A stretch of DNA of 64,000 bases, taken from positions 181,885-245,884 of the forward strand of contig VRVR01000037.1 in assembly GCA_009859145.1 (NCBI GenBank), in the 5' to 3' direction. The position numbers and the translations under genes were made by a program. Below are positions 51,755-61,969 of the stretch, piece after piece. Source of the DNA: Andalucia godoyi And28. Lineage: Eukaryota > Protista > Jakobida. The notes under the pieces are model-generated. The model ran no database searches, had not been told where the DNA came from, and saw only the letters and a program-made list of their open reading frames with translations. How positions within the stretch are numbered: position 1 is the first letter of the stretch; the number at the start of each line of letters is the position of its first letter.

Positions 51755-52660
51755 TTATTTCTTCATTGCAAAGTAGACGACGATTCCTACGACGGCGCAG
51801 ACGAGTATCATGCCGATGATGCAGCACATTTTCTTTCTTGCCTTTTTCTGGAGCTCTCTGGATTTCTTGAGTTCGTCGATACCCTTTTCGACAGATGCGC
51901 TTGTCTTTGAAACATTGTTTTCGATGAGGTCGATGTCTTTTGACTGTTCATTGACCATAACCGCCATATCGACGTACATGGATGACAGCTCGTTGAGATC
52001 TTCTTCAAGTCTCATAATGTCGTTATTTTGCTCGCGGATCATCTGGTGCTCAAGAGCCACCGTCGATCTGTCGAATCGGGAGTTCCTGTCCTGGACCTGC
52101 ACTTCAATGTCGTTCGGATCCTCAATGTCGCGACTGTCTCCAAAGTCATTCCTCCGGGCACCACCACCAGACAAGTGGGACTCCGGCCCAGACTTTGCCT
52201 GTGACGACGACATGGTCGCCACCAGCTCCTTTTCCTTGCGCTGGGCATTGCGATTCACACTCTCAAACTTCTGCAACACCGTATTAAACTGCGCTCGCAC
52301 CTTGTCATACTGCGCCTTTTCCGACGCACTGACCTGGAATGCCTGCAGCCCATTCGAAATTTCCTTTGCAAGCCCCTGTGTACCTTGTCTCTCCTTCTCA
52401 AACAGCTTCCGAAACTCCCGATTGTCATTCGGTCCACCAAGCGTATTGCACATGTTTTCGATCTTCACAACCTTGCCTGAAAACTTTTGCACATTCCGCG
52501 AGATGTCGTCCAGCGATCCACTTCCTCCACTCCCACCGGCGTTTCCATTGGCGTTGGTGCTCCCATTCGCATTGCCATTGGCATTTCCTGGAGCTGCAGA
52601 CTGCGGTCGTGCGCGTTGTGGTCGAGCGCCGTACGTCGATGTATCACCCCACCCAGACAT
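51755..52660 (-). CDS. Qa-SNARE syntaxin, STX7/STX12/Pep12 group
   Basis: Habc region (LGGPNDNREFR...KVRAQFNTVLQKF); SNARE motif IREQNNDIMRLEEDLNELSSMYVDMAVMVNEQSKDIDLIENNV; C-terminal TM anchor. Confidence 0.93.
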   Translation of the reverse strand: MSGWGDTSTYGARPQRARPQSAAPGNANGNANGSTNANGNAGGSGGSGSLDDISRNVQKFSGKVVKIENMCNTLGGPNDNREFRKLFEKERQGTQGLAKEISNGLQAFQVSASEKAQYDKVRAQFNTVLQKFESVNRNAQRKEKELVATMSSSQAKSGPESHLSGGGARRNDFGDSRDIEDPNDIEVQVQDRNSRFDRSTVALEHQMIREQNNDIMRLEEDLNELSSMYVDMAVMVNEQSKDIDLIENNVSKTSASVEKGIDELKKSRELQKKARKKMCCIIGMILVCAVVGIVVYFAMKK

Positions 52661-53212
52661 GTTTCTCCGCCGTCCCTCTTCTTACCAACAAACAAGCAAA
52701 CCAAACAAGTTTTAAAAAATAAAATAAAAATTTAAAAAGAAGAAGAAGAAGAAGGAAAAAAATAATAATATAATAAACCGAGACGAACGAGAGGCGGAGA
52801 AATAGTGGCTCAAATCACAAAGAAACATAAAAGATCCAAACGCAAAGCCAAAAAGCCCTTTTGGAGTAAGGATGATCACACACACATAAACACGGGCGGA
52901 GTGCAGCGGAGAGAATCGCGACACCCTACTCTTCAAAGCGATGGAGAGGAACGGCAGACAACTGCAAAAGGTTTTTTGATTGCAAGGGAAGTGGGGGCAG
53001 GAGCTGAGCAGCATCACTTGATGCATGATTCCTCTGCAGCAGCCGTCCTTTCTCCGACACCTTTGCTCCTTCAGCCGAGTGTGTGTGCGTGTGTGCGTGC
53101 GTGTGTATTTTATATATTCGCTGACGGCGTGTGTGCGGTTTGTTCAATCCCATTGCCTCAACTTACTTTTTCCACTGACACTTGCTGTGCTGTAGAACCC
53201 GAGAAAGACACG

Positions 53213-53629
53213 ATGATGCTCCGCCGGTTGTTTTCGACGTCATCCAAGGCTGTAGAAGCAGTGATTGCAAAGAACGCGCCTGCCGCAATTGGACCGTACT
53301 CGGCTGCAGTGAAGGCGAATGGGTTTGTGTTTGTGTCTGGGCAGCTGCCGATTGTTCCGTCGACAGGATCGTTTGTGCATCCCACGGACGTTGCGCAGCA
53401 GGCTGACCAGTGTCTCAAGAACCTTGGCGAGATTCTGGTTGCGGGCGGTTCGTCGTACTCCAAGGTCGTCAAGGCTACGGTATACCTTGTCGATATGGAG
53501 GACTTTGCAGCAGTCAACGAGGTGTATGCAAAGTACTTTGGCGATGTCAAGCCCGCCCGTGCTTGTTTTGCAGTCAAGGAACTTCCCAAGAAGGCTCGAG
53601 TCGAAATCGAATGCATTGCTGTCGCATAA
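53213..53629 (+). CDS. RIDA: RidA/YjgF/UK114 enamine-imine deaminase, probably mitochondrial
   Basis: APAAIGPYSAAV...FVSGQLP...QCLKNL...VVKATVYL...FAAVNEVYAKYF...PARACFAVKELPKKARVEIE; presequence-like MMLRRLFSTSS. Confidence 0.95.
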   Translation: MMLRRLFSTSSKAVEAVIAKNAPAAIGPYSAAVKANGFVFVSGQLPIVPSTGSFVHPTDVAQQADQCLKNLGEILVAGGSSYSKVVKATVYLVDMEDFAAVNEVYAKYFGDVKPARACFAVKELPKKARVEIECIAVA

Positions 53630-53892
53630 AAGGTTCTTCCAAGGAGAAGCGGGAAAAATAAATCAAGCCAAAACTATCAAAATAAACAATGCAAACAAAT
53701 AATAACCAAGATACATGAAATGAAAAACAGGAAGAACCAGAAGAACAAGAAGAACAAGAATGAGGAGAGGAGAAAAGAAAACAAGCAAATAGTAAAGAAT
53801 AATCAATCATAAATTCTCTTCTTTCATTCCGTGCGAGAGGCAGAGTAGTGGGGAAAACACGCCCAGTGAAGATGCACTTTTGGAATCGATCT

Positions 53893-56166
53893 TTAAGAAA
53901 TTGGGAGCGTGAAAATCAAGACCGTGGAGATGAGCATCAGAATGGGGTAGACGATAATCATCAGCCGCGAGACCTGCAGGACACAGACCTTGTTTTCGTC
54001 CCAGCGAATCGGGAAGATGGAGCCGACAAACCACAACTGCTTTTTAGGTGGTGACTTGGCAGAGGGGAATGAAGCAACGGCCAGCGGCACAGCAGCAGGG
54101 GCAGGGGCAGGGGCAGGGGCAGGGGCAGGGGCAGGCTTCGCATCCGGTTTTGGTCGCAGCGGAGCAGATTCATCCTCAAAACGGTATCGAACCCACTTCT
54201 GAATGACAACGGTTAGGATAGAATACAGGAACGCCATCAGGATGAACAGCATGATCCTCGTGACGTACGAAACAGGAGGCGAGGTATTTGCAAATGTGAC
54301 GGTAATGGTTGCAGTCAAAAGCAAAGCGGCGCAGGCAACATTGATGCGTCCGTCGGACTTTGTAGGCAGAACAAACGTGGTCCACAGCAGAATGTGCACA
54401 ATCAGCAGTGGGAGCAGAACCACAACAGCATTGAACGTGGGCCGCCGATCCGCGCTGACGTTCACTTTGAGATTGCGGAAGTTCTTGTAGGGGCCTGATG
54501 AATACGTCCCAGTGCTCGTGCGATAATCGTAAAAGCTGAATCCGCCGTTGGGGATGTTCTCCACAAAATGCCGCAGATCCATGGTTACTGGTCCAGTAAA
54601 GACCAAGTTGGATTCATCGTACTGGCTTGACCGGATCTCAAACGGCAGTGTCTGCGTGTCAAACGGGAAATTGCGCACGTTGATATCTGCCGAGAAGGAC
54701 TGCACATATCGCTGAACGTAGGTCACAATTCCACGGTTGGTGACGGTGGCGGACTCGTCGAATGGATTCGGCTTTTCACGGACGTTCTGGAAAGTGACCA
54801 TGGGACGCCAGATGCCATTCAGAACATTCGACGTGAGGAATGTAAGGTTTGCAAGTCCTGATCCTTTGAAACGAGAATCGAACCACTGGGTAATGATGGT
54901 AATGTCAGACTTGTGCAATGACGCCTTTTCCTGAACTTCAAGCACGTTGTTGACGTACACAATGCAGCTCACCACAGTTGGTTTCGTCTGGTTTATTCCG
55001 GACGCCCGGACGGAAATTCTGCTGCCGGAGGATTTGTATTCCGTCTGAAGTTCGGCTGGGAGGAAATCCGCAAAGTCGAGACCAAGACCCTTATGAAACG
55101 GAACGAACTGGCCGTATCTGGTTTCTGCGTCTTCTTCCTCATGCTCGTTGAATGCAGTAATTTGGCTGAGCAAGGAGTTGGATTCCTCATCAGCATCTCC
55201 CGGGCGATCGGCCGGATCGTACAGCAATGGCGGGAACTTCTGGCCAGACAAGACAATCGAGATGTTCACGGATGCCCGCAGCGACTGTGCGTACTGCGTC
55301 GTTCCTGGGAAGGTTCCAACTGGGAGGGAACCCACGGCGGCCACAATTCCGTTGTTCGCATCGTAGATGACGGATCCCTGCAGGAAGAGGGATGAGTTGG
55401 AAGCGACGTCCAGAACGGAAACAGATTCTCCTGTGCCGACCGTGTAGATGAAAACCACTTCTGTTGCACCATTCTCGGCAGCAGAAGGAATGAATGATCC
55501 CTTGTAGTATGCGATTCCGCCGGAATTGAGAACAATGTAAGGTGGTGACGTGGTGGAAGCAATCGAAACGATCACTTTCGACGAGAATCGGAGTACAAGG
55601 GGGATTACTGCGCCAACCGCGTACTTACCAGAACCGACAGTCGTGGAAATCTGGAGGATTGCAGGTGCCTTGGTGGACACTCCTGTTTGCGGGAGAATGG
55701 TCTCCATGCCGACAAGAGAGCTGTTGAAAACGTAGCCCGCAGGAGCAGGACAACCAGACAGTAACAGAGCATCTGCCGAGGGCAGAGCAACCGCAATCTG
55801 ATTCGTGAAAAGGTTGTACTGTGTAATGGTGAACATGAAAGGAATGCACGTGCTGTCGCACACCGTGTCGTCTCCGAATGCCACTTCGTCGATGAATGTC
55901 TGTCGAGGAACATAGATGGCGCTTTGGTTTACAGAACCGATGGCGATCACCAGCCTCGGGTTGCACGAGCCGGTGAAGGCGCTGTCGTCGAAACTCGCGT
56001 CAAAAGTCACTGTCAGGTACACGACGTCGTTCAGACCAGCAATGTTGTTCGAGAATGCTGAATAGACCTGAACTGGGGTCGGGAACTGCGGTGCAATCGT
56101 CGTCTGCGCAAGAACTGTTGACACCAATGCCAACAAGGCAATGACAAGAATGCGGCCGTCTCCCAT
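53893..56166 (-). CDS. Pentameric ligand-gated ion channel without the Cys-loop disulfide, with two N-terminal Ig-like repeats
   Basis: Signal peptide; IWRPMVTFQN; Pro-loop ADINVRNFPFDTQTL with no cysteines; M1 VLLPLLIV; M2 RINVACAALLL...SPPVSY with 9' Leu and 23' Pro; PA-repeat loop; M4. Confidence 0.9.
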   Translation of the reverse strand: MGDGRILVIALLALVSTVLAQTTIAPQFPTPVQVYSAFSNNIAGLNDVVYLTVTFDASFDDSAFTGSCNPRLVIAIGSVNQSAIYVPRQTFIDEVAFGDDTVCDSTCIPFMFTITQYNLFTNQIAVALPSADALLLSGCPAPAGYVFNSSLVGMETILPQTGVSTKAPAILQISTTVGSGKYAVGAVIPLVLRFSSKVIVSIASTTSPPYIVLNSGGIAYYKGSFIPSAAENGATEVVFIYTVGTGESVSVLDVASNSSLFLQGSVIYDANNGIVAAVGSLPVGTFPGTTQYAQSLRASVNISIVLSGQKFPPLLYDPADRPGDADEESNSLLSQITAFNEHEEEDAETRYGQFVPFHKGLGLDFADFLPAELQTEYKSSGSRISVRASGINQTKPTVVSCIVYVNNVLEVQEKASLHKSDITIITQWFDSRFKGSGLANLTFLTSNVLNGIWRPMVTFQNVREKPNPFDESATVTNRGIVTYVQRYVQSFSADINVRNFPFDTQTLPFEIRSSQYDESNLVFTGPVTMDLRHFVENIPNGGFSFYDYRTSTGTYSSGPYKNFRNLKVNVSADRRPTFNAVVVLLPLLIVHILLWTTFVLPTKSDGRINVACAALLLTATITVTFANTSPPVSYVTRIMLFILMAFLYSILTVVIQKWVRYRFEDESAPLRPKPDAKPAPAPAPAPAPAPAAVPLAVASFPSAKSPPKKQLWFVGSIFPIRWDENKVCVLQVSRLMIIVYPILMLISTVLIFTLPIS

Positions 56167-57922
56167 GCTTCGTCGAACCCACTACTTAATTTAAATGAAA
56201 AAAAAAAAAGAAGAGAAGGGAAGGAAAAAAAAAATTAATAACCAAAGTATTCATGATAAACAAAATTTGGCCGTTGGAGGGGAGTGTGCTATAAGGCAAG
56301 AACCCATATTGCATAAGAAAGCTCCAAGCCCGCCGACGCAGGACCGCTACTCAATTCGGCGGGTTAGGGGTTTTCGCTTGGTTTATATTTTACGTTTTGG
56401 GCCATATTCATGGTAGTCTCTATTTTGTTTTGTTTTGTTTTGTTTTTGCAAGTTACTGGGTCGCCTTTTCGCATCTTTGAGTTCCTTGGAAGACACGGAT
56501 ATTCCTGATTTCATGATGTCGTTGCCGCTATCGAGCCAAGTTGTGAATCACGCGGCTCTTGCACTTCCGCCGTTTCTGCTGTGCTCGCAAGATCAGTGAC
56601 CTGCAAGAGGCGCGCGCGAGAAGTGCAGCTGGAAGTGATGGGAGGCATTTTTCTAGTGAAGAATCGAGGTTTGCAGGAGTCTTATTATTCCACTCTGTGA
56701 TGGTCAAATGGACGTCGCGCACGCTGGTTCGCCTCGCGTGACGGAAACGCTGCGCTAAACATTCGTCTTTTTTGGGATGCAGAACTTTGCCCGGTCACAA
56801 ATGGTTGCGTTGGGGAGGAGGATGCGCCAGACCGGACGGATGACCATGAAGACATCGATGATGAAGAAGTAGGCGGAGAAGCACAAATCACAGTATTTTG
56901 ATTCCATCTGCTGCTTGTTTCGTGTTCGGCTGAATGGTACGTACTTAGGTGGAACGATATGAGAATCCAGACTCGTATAGTAAAAAGAGAGGAACTGGCG
57001 GAAAACAGTTCGTGGCCGCTCACCAAAACATGAATCATGATACAGTAGATCATCGGCTGAGCGACATGTTTCGCTTCTTTATTTGAGGGGCTGAGGGACG
57101 AGCACAAACTCTTTAATGCAGATTGCTCTGCATTAAAGGATCGTCGCAACCACGAGTTTCTTGGTTCTCGGCATCGTCGGGCATGCTCGGTTTCAGTTTG
57201 GTGGAAAGATCCCTCTTTGGAGCCATGCGATGTTTTGTCCTTGATGAAAGGTGCTGCTTGAGGGTTCGATAGGAAAAAGCAAGCGGGAGATAATAGAAAA
57301 GGGAAAAAAGTGAAAAAGAATGAAAGAAATTCTAGACTTGACTACGGTAAGAATAGTCAAAAGCTGTCAGCTGCTGTCACTTATTGCGATATGATGAAGC
57401 AATCTCAAGCGCACGCAAACAAGAAAACACTGCCACGCGCCACGCGCCGTGCACATGCTTTTGCTATGTTAACAACTCCGTCACACGATGCCCGATTCGT
57501 TTCGCCCCATTTTGATCATGAAATCCCTATGTAAACACGCCGCCGCGTTGCATTATGCATGTTGCTGGGTTGCAACAATTGATTACGGGTGATCAGCGAT
57601 GATTATCCGTGGTTAGCGTACAATGTACGCGCTCTAATAAACAAGACTCGCAACAGCTGGACTCTTTGAAAGGGAAACGTCCGAGATGACTGCGGATGTC
57701 TAGGCATTGTTTTCATCCGCTTTGGTGCGAAGACGAGCAGAGGGTTTGATTGTCTATGCAGACGCGGCAAACCAGCTGTCGAATGGGTTTTTTATTTTCC
57801 CCCTCCCACAAAAGGAGCTGCAGCAGTGGTTCGCAGTCTTGTTCATCTTAAATTGATGTTCTTGCATTTTCTTTCTCTTTCTCCTCTCCTCTGATTGTCC
57901 CCGATATTGAAAACTGTACAGA

Positions 57923-59224
57923 ATGCCTTCGAATTCTTTGCAGCATGTGTACTCCAACGGCACGGCGTATGGCACGACGACAATGATTCTGGGGCGTCCT
58001 CGGTCCGATGCAGCGTACTGGGCGGTGATGGCGATCAATCCATTCTCGCTTGATCTGGATGATGATGGGGTCACAGCTAACGATAACTCGCCTCTTCAAA
58101 CCAAAATTTGTGAAGTCATAGTTTTTGCCATTGAATCGAATCCGCAGAACTTTTCTGCTTTGAGAAGCTACGACACTGAAATTGGACGCAATGAAAACTA
58201 CATGGCTGTCCTTCATTCTCCGAACTCATTGGAAGCACCATGGCCCGCAGAAGATATTGAGGATCGCTTGCGTTGTAGTGTTGCAAATGAGATGGAGCGT
58301 CGAAGAGGATACCTGAAACGGTTGGTTAGTCCCGACGGTGTGCTATACGGTGAAAACGGGCGTGCACTTCACTGGAAAACCATGGAGAACGAAGATATTT
58401 CAAGTGCGGACGTTGATTTTTCTATCACGGTTTGGTTTCCTCCACGTTTTTTACATCCGCTTCCTTCCCTGCAGGATGTCGACCCTCTTTCCGTGTTTGT
58501 GCATCTGCTGTTGAACATGCATTGTCTATGCCAAGAGACACCCTGGGAGAAACGCACAAAGTCCGCGAGCGAGCTTCTTCGCATCGCTCGCCTTTATGAA
58601 GAGAAGAAGGGCTCTAATGCAGAAAGCCTGTTTCCAGCCAGCTTTCCCAAATTTCGTCTTCTCACGAGCATCAAGGGTCGACCGAACCCAGAGTCGAGGT
58701 ATTGGGCTTTGTTTTTGGTTGGTCCGGGATCTACTGGAAGAATTATTCTGATCGAAGCGAGTCTTCACAATGGAGCAGTCTGCAAAGAATATGTGGATTT
58801 CTTTGAAAGGAACGTCCTTGGCGGAGATAGCGGGTTCATCTTGACGCTCATTCACGAATTTGGTGACACTGGCGAAGAAAACACGTTTGGCATTGATGTG
58901 CTGGAATACGCGGCACGCGAAATAGCGCTGCAGCAGTACCTTGAGCAAAAGAAAGGCGACTATCCTATTGATGACATGGTAGATGACAAGCGAACCCGCA
59001 AACAGAAGGGCAAGGATGCCTGCTGGACTCGAGAAAGTATTGAGGATTTCATAGCGAATGATGGGGACATTAGCGAACTTCCTCTGGAGCGCATGAAGAA
59101 AACCATTACGGTCTCTGTTGTCATTTGCAATGGGTATTTGGAACCCTGCCCGAGCATTGCTGAGCACCAGAAAGGAGCACGCATGACGAAGTTCAAGCAC
59201 GTTATGCGTAACTTTGGTTTTTGA
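57923..59224 (+). CDS. Hypothetical protein with internal duplication
   Basis: 433 aa ATG-started frame; repeated GRP-x5-YWA motif; no family recognised. Confidence 0.75.
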   Translation: MPSNSLQHVYSNGTAYGTTTMILGRPRSDAAYWAVMAINPFSLDLDDDGVTANDNSPLQTKICEVIVFAIESNPQNFSALRSYDTEIGRNENYMAVLHSPNSLEAPWPAEDIEDRLRCSVANEMERRRGYLKRLVSPDGVLYGENGRALHWKTMENEDISSADVDFSITVWFPPRFLHPLPSLQDVDPLSVFVHLLLNMHCLCQETPWEKRTKSASELLRIARLYEEKKGSNAESLFPASFPKFRLLTSIKGRPNPESRYWALFLVGPGSTGRIILIEASLHNGAVCKEYVDFFERNVLGGDSGFILTLIHEFGDTGEENTFGIDVLEYAAREIALQQYLEQKKGDYPIDDMVDDKRTRKQKGKDACWTRESIEDFIANDGDISELPLERMKKTITVSVVICNGYLEPCPSIAEHQKGARMTKFKHVMRNFGF

Positions 59225-59740
59225 TGTGTTGGGCCAACTTTGCGAACTGTGGTCATAGGCTGTCCCAGGCCTCCGCTGCACAATGTTTTCAAACTATTCA
59301 GATAAACCACTATGGAGATCATTCCTGCCGGGTGTCCAATCGCGTCCAGCTGTCGTCGATTGTTCCCGAAGCATTCCTAGGACTGCACGTGGAAACTTGG
59401 AATGCCACAGCTTTTTGGAAGGTGCAAAAATCGATTGCCCAAATCGAGGAGAGGGGCATGTGCGTATGCATGCCATACCACCATCCGGCAAGCCTTTGTT
59501 CCAAATATGTAGTAAAAAAATAGGAAAATGAAGAAAACCAGTGATGAAGAACAGCTTCTCGATTACGATTCATAAGGGAGAAAATAAAAACTGCTGATGT
59601 TGATCGTTGGAACCTCGAGAAGGAGATTTCACTCCTTTTTTTTTTGAACCGGGCTCCTCGAATATGCAGCAGACCGCTGTCTTTGAACTTGCAAAACAAC
59701 TTTGAGGGCAAATGCATTCGTTGGCTCCACCTTCATCCTG

Positions 59741-61309
59741 ATGACACCATCCAGGAAGGCATTGTGCAAATCGATCAAACTTTTGCGGACGGATCGTTTT
59801 CGCCGGTTTGTGGACGTACTCAGGCTGCAGAGATCGCGATTTTTGCGAGAGGCCGTGGATCTTGCGTTTCAAACACGTGCCAAAGCGGACAGTCCATCTA
59901 GCGCACTGGCGACTCTCCAGCAGGAAATCCACGAACATGATTTGAATCCGTTGCCCAGGATCCAGCTGGAAATGACGAAGCGGATGCTCGAGGAAGACAA
60001 GGTACTTGTCGAGACCAATGAGTTTGTGGAAACGTGCGTGGAGGAGAACTGGACAGGGGATGCAGGAGTCAGTAGTACGCTTAGCACTTTGGAGTACGGT
60101 TGGGAACGGGGTGTGTTCGACACGCTGTTGCATGGAGAGACAGAGACTCCCGAAGGGGTTGTGCATCGCATTGCTCATGTGTCCAAAGAAGAGCTGGCGC
60201 CGCTCAATGCAGCAATTGATGCTTTTCGAGACCGGGACGCTGTTGCAGACTATCATCCAGGGTCCGGGAAGCACGTTCGCAATATCCTCCACCCCAGTTT
60301 GTTTCCGTACATCACAAAGGCGGAAACGGCAAGCGAGAAGCGAACGCATGAAGGACAGATGGAAGTCAAGCCCGGGACAATTTGCAGTCCTAAACGAGAA
60401 CACGGAGAAGAAAACGACGACTTTGGCCGTCTTTATCGAAGGTCGCGATACCAGTGGATGCCTTCTGAAGTGCAGGTAGACGACGACGGAGTGCCGAGGT
60501 TTGTTTCCCCCGTGAATGGAGTGCATCCCCAGCACGATGCCGACTTGCAGCGCTGTCTTGAGTCGGTTCTGTCCCTCGCCATTCCAGCTTGGGAGCATGT
60601 TCTTGGATACACAAAATCGATGCACTGGACCGACTACCAAACTGCCCGTGGAAGCTGGAAGGTCCGCAAACGAAGTAAGCTCGTCAGCAAGCCGGTGTCG
60701 CTGCGTGGCAAGCGGCTGCAAGTCATCCCGAAGATCGCCGATATTGAGCTCAAGGAAGATGGTGATACTCATGAAGGGGTCTGGCACGTTGAAGGTCTTT
60801 CGCACGAACGGATTGTTGCCACTGCGCTTGCATATCTGCGGAAGGACAGCACGGTTCAAGGAGGGTCTTTACTGTTTCGGCGCTCATTCAGCCCCGACGA
60901 GACGAGTTTTTTGGCTGCAAACACCCAGCAAAATGAAGCTGCCGAATCACCACTGCTGTCTGCAGGGCTTGTTCCATTAGGAAAGCTCACTCCGAGTGCC
61001 GGAGACCTCGTTGCATTTCCCAACAGCCATCAGCACAAATTGGAGCCCATTTTTGCAAATGCAAAAGCAGGCCTTGGCATGCCCAGAGCAAGTCATCAGC
61101 GAATCGCCATTCGACGGGTAGTGGTATTCTTCCTTGTTGATCCGTCCAGCCGGATTGTCTCCACCGCAGATGTCGTGCATCTGCCACACGCCTTGTTGAA
61201 CTACGAAGCAAGGTGCCGGATACGCCTTGCCATGATGGCAGAGCGGTCTGCCGCCAAAAAGGACCTGAACGGGGAACTGTCGCATAACTTTAACTTTTGC
61301 GAGCATTGA
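59741..61309 (+). CDS. DUF4246-family protein (predicted Fe(II)/2-oxoglutarate dioxygenase-like fold)
   Basis: YHPGS...VRNILHPSLFPY; YQWMPSEV; LQVIPKIADIEL...WHVEG...IVATA; AFPNSHQHK; RRVVVFFLVDP...IVSTADV; RLAMMAERS. The 5' end is uncertain. Confidence 0.85.
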   Translation: MTPSRKALCKSIKLLRTDRFRRFVDVLRLQRSRFLREAVDLAFQTRAKADSPSSALATLQQEIHEHDLNPLPRIQLEMTKRMLEEDKVLVETNEFVETCVEENWTGDAGVSSTLSTLEYGWERGVFDTLLHGETETPEGVVHRIAHVSKEELAPLNAAIDAFRDRDAVADYHPGSGKHVRNILHPSLFPYITKAETASEKRTHEGQMEVKPGTICSPKREHGEENDDFGRLYRRSRYQWMPSEVQVDDDGVPRFVSPVNGVHPQHDADLQRCLESVLSLAIPAWEHVLGYTKSMHWTDYQTARGSWKVRKRSKLVSKPVSLRGKRLQVIPKIADIELKEDGDTHEGVWHVEGLSHERIVATALAYLRKDSTVQGGSLLFRRSFSPDETSFLAANTQQNEAAESPLLSAGLVPLGKLTPSAGDLVAFPNSHQHKLEPIFANAKAGLGMPRASHQRIAIRRVVVFFLVDPSSRIVSTADVVHLPHALLNYEARCRIRLAMMAERSAAKKDLNGELSHNFNFCEH

Positions 61310-61969
61310 TAAGGAGTAAAACGAGCCAGAGGATGGGGGTGGGTTGGGAGCTCATCGTGACCGTTCGTTGAGTTTTGCTTGTCGCTCTGAACCCACACGT
61401 GTCAGCATATCGTCCTTATAAAGTAGGACTTCTTGCAGGAAGAATGAGAGGAGTATTTGGAAATGTACGAGGCTGCTCTCTTTTTGCTGAACCGAGGGTT
61501 TTGAACTTGCATTTGCAGCGTGTCGTCACTCCTCAAGTGTTTCCGATCGAAGCTGGATTGCCGCATTGTCTGGTTGGACAAATGCCGTTCTTGGTCGTGC
61601 GCATTTTTCAGTCGATGTTCCGGAACTGTCGGCCCCTGTAGCGGAGCGGTTCACGTTTGACAAATGGTGACGTTGAATGAGCTTTCTTCGGCTTTCATGG
61701 TTTGCTGCGGCACAGCTGCTTCGTTCAACTCTGATCCGATGGATGCAAGCAGATTCCAAAAGTCTCAAAGGAAACAGCCGCACACCGACGACACGCGCTC
61801 GCTCCCTGAGTTCGATCTTCCATTGCTTTTTGAGTCCGCTTGCGTTTTGCAGTTTCCCACCCGACCCTGCAATGGTTATCTCGTCCGATTTTTGATTTTG
61901 GAACATTATAACAACGAGCTTTCATCTGTGCAGTCAAATCACACTTGATACAAAAATTTCTTGAATAGT

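Noticed and set aside
51810-52715. 301-aa plus-strand ORF
   Set aside because: Antisense shadow of the syntaxin gene.
59570-60859. 429-aa minus-strand ORF
   Set aside because: Antisense to the DUF4246 gene; no motifs.
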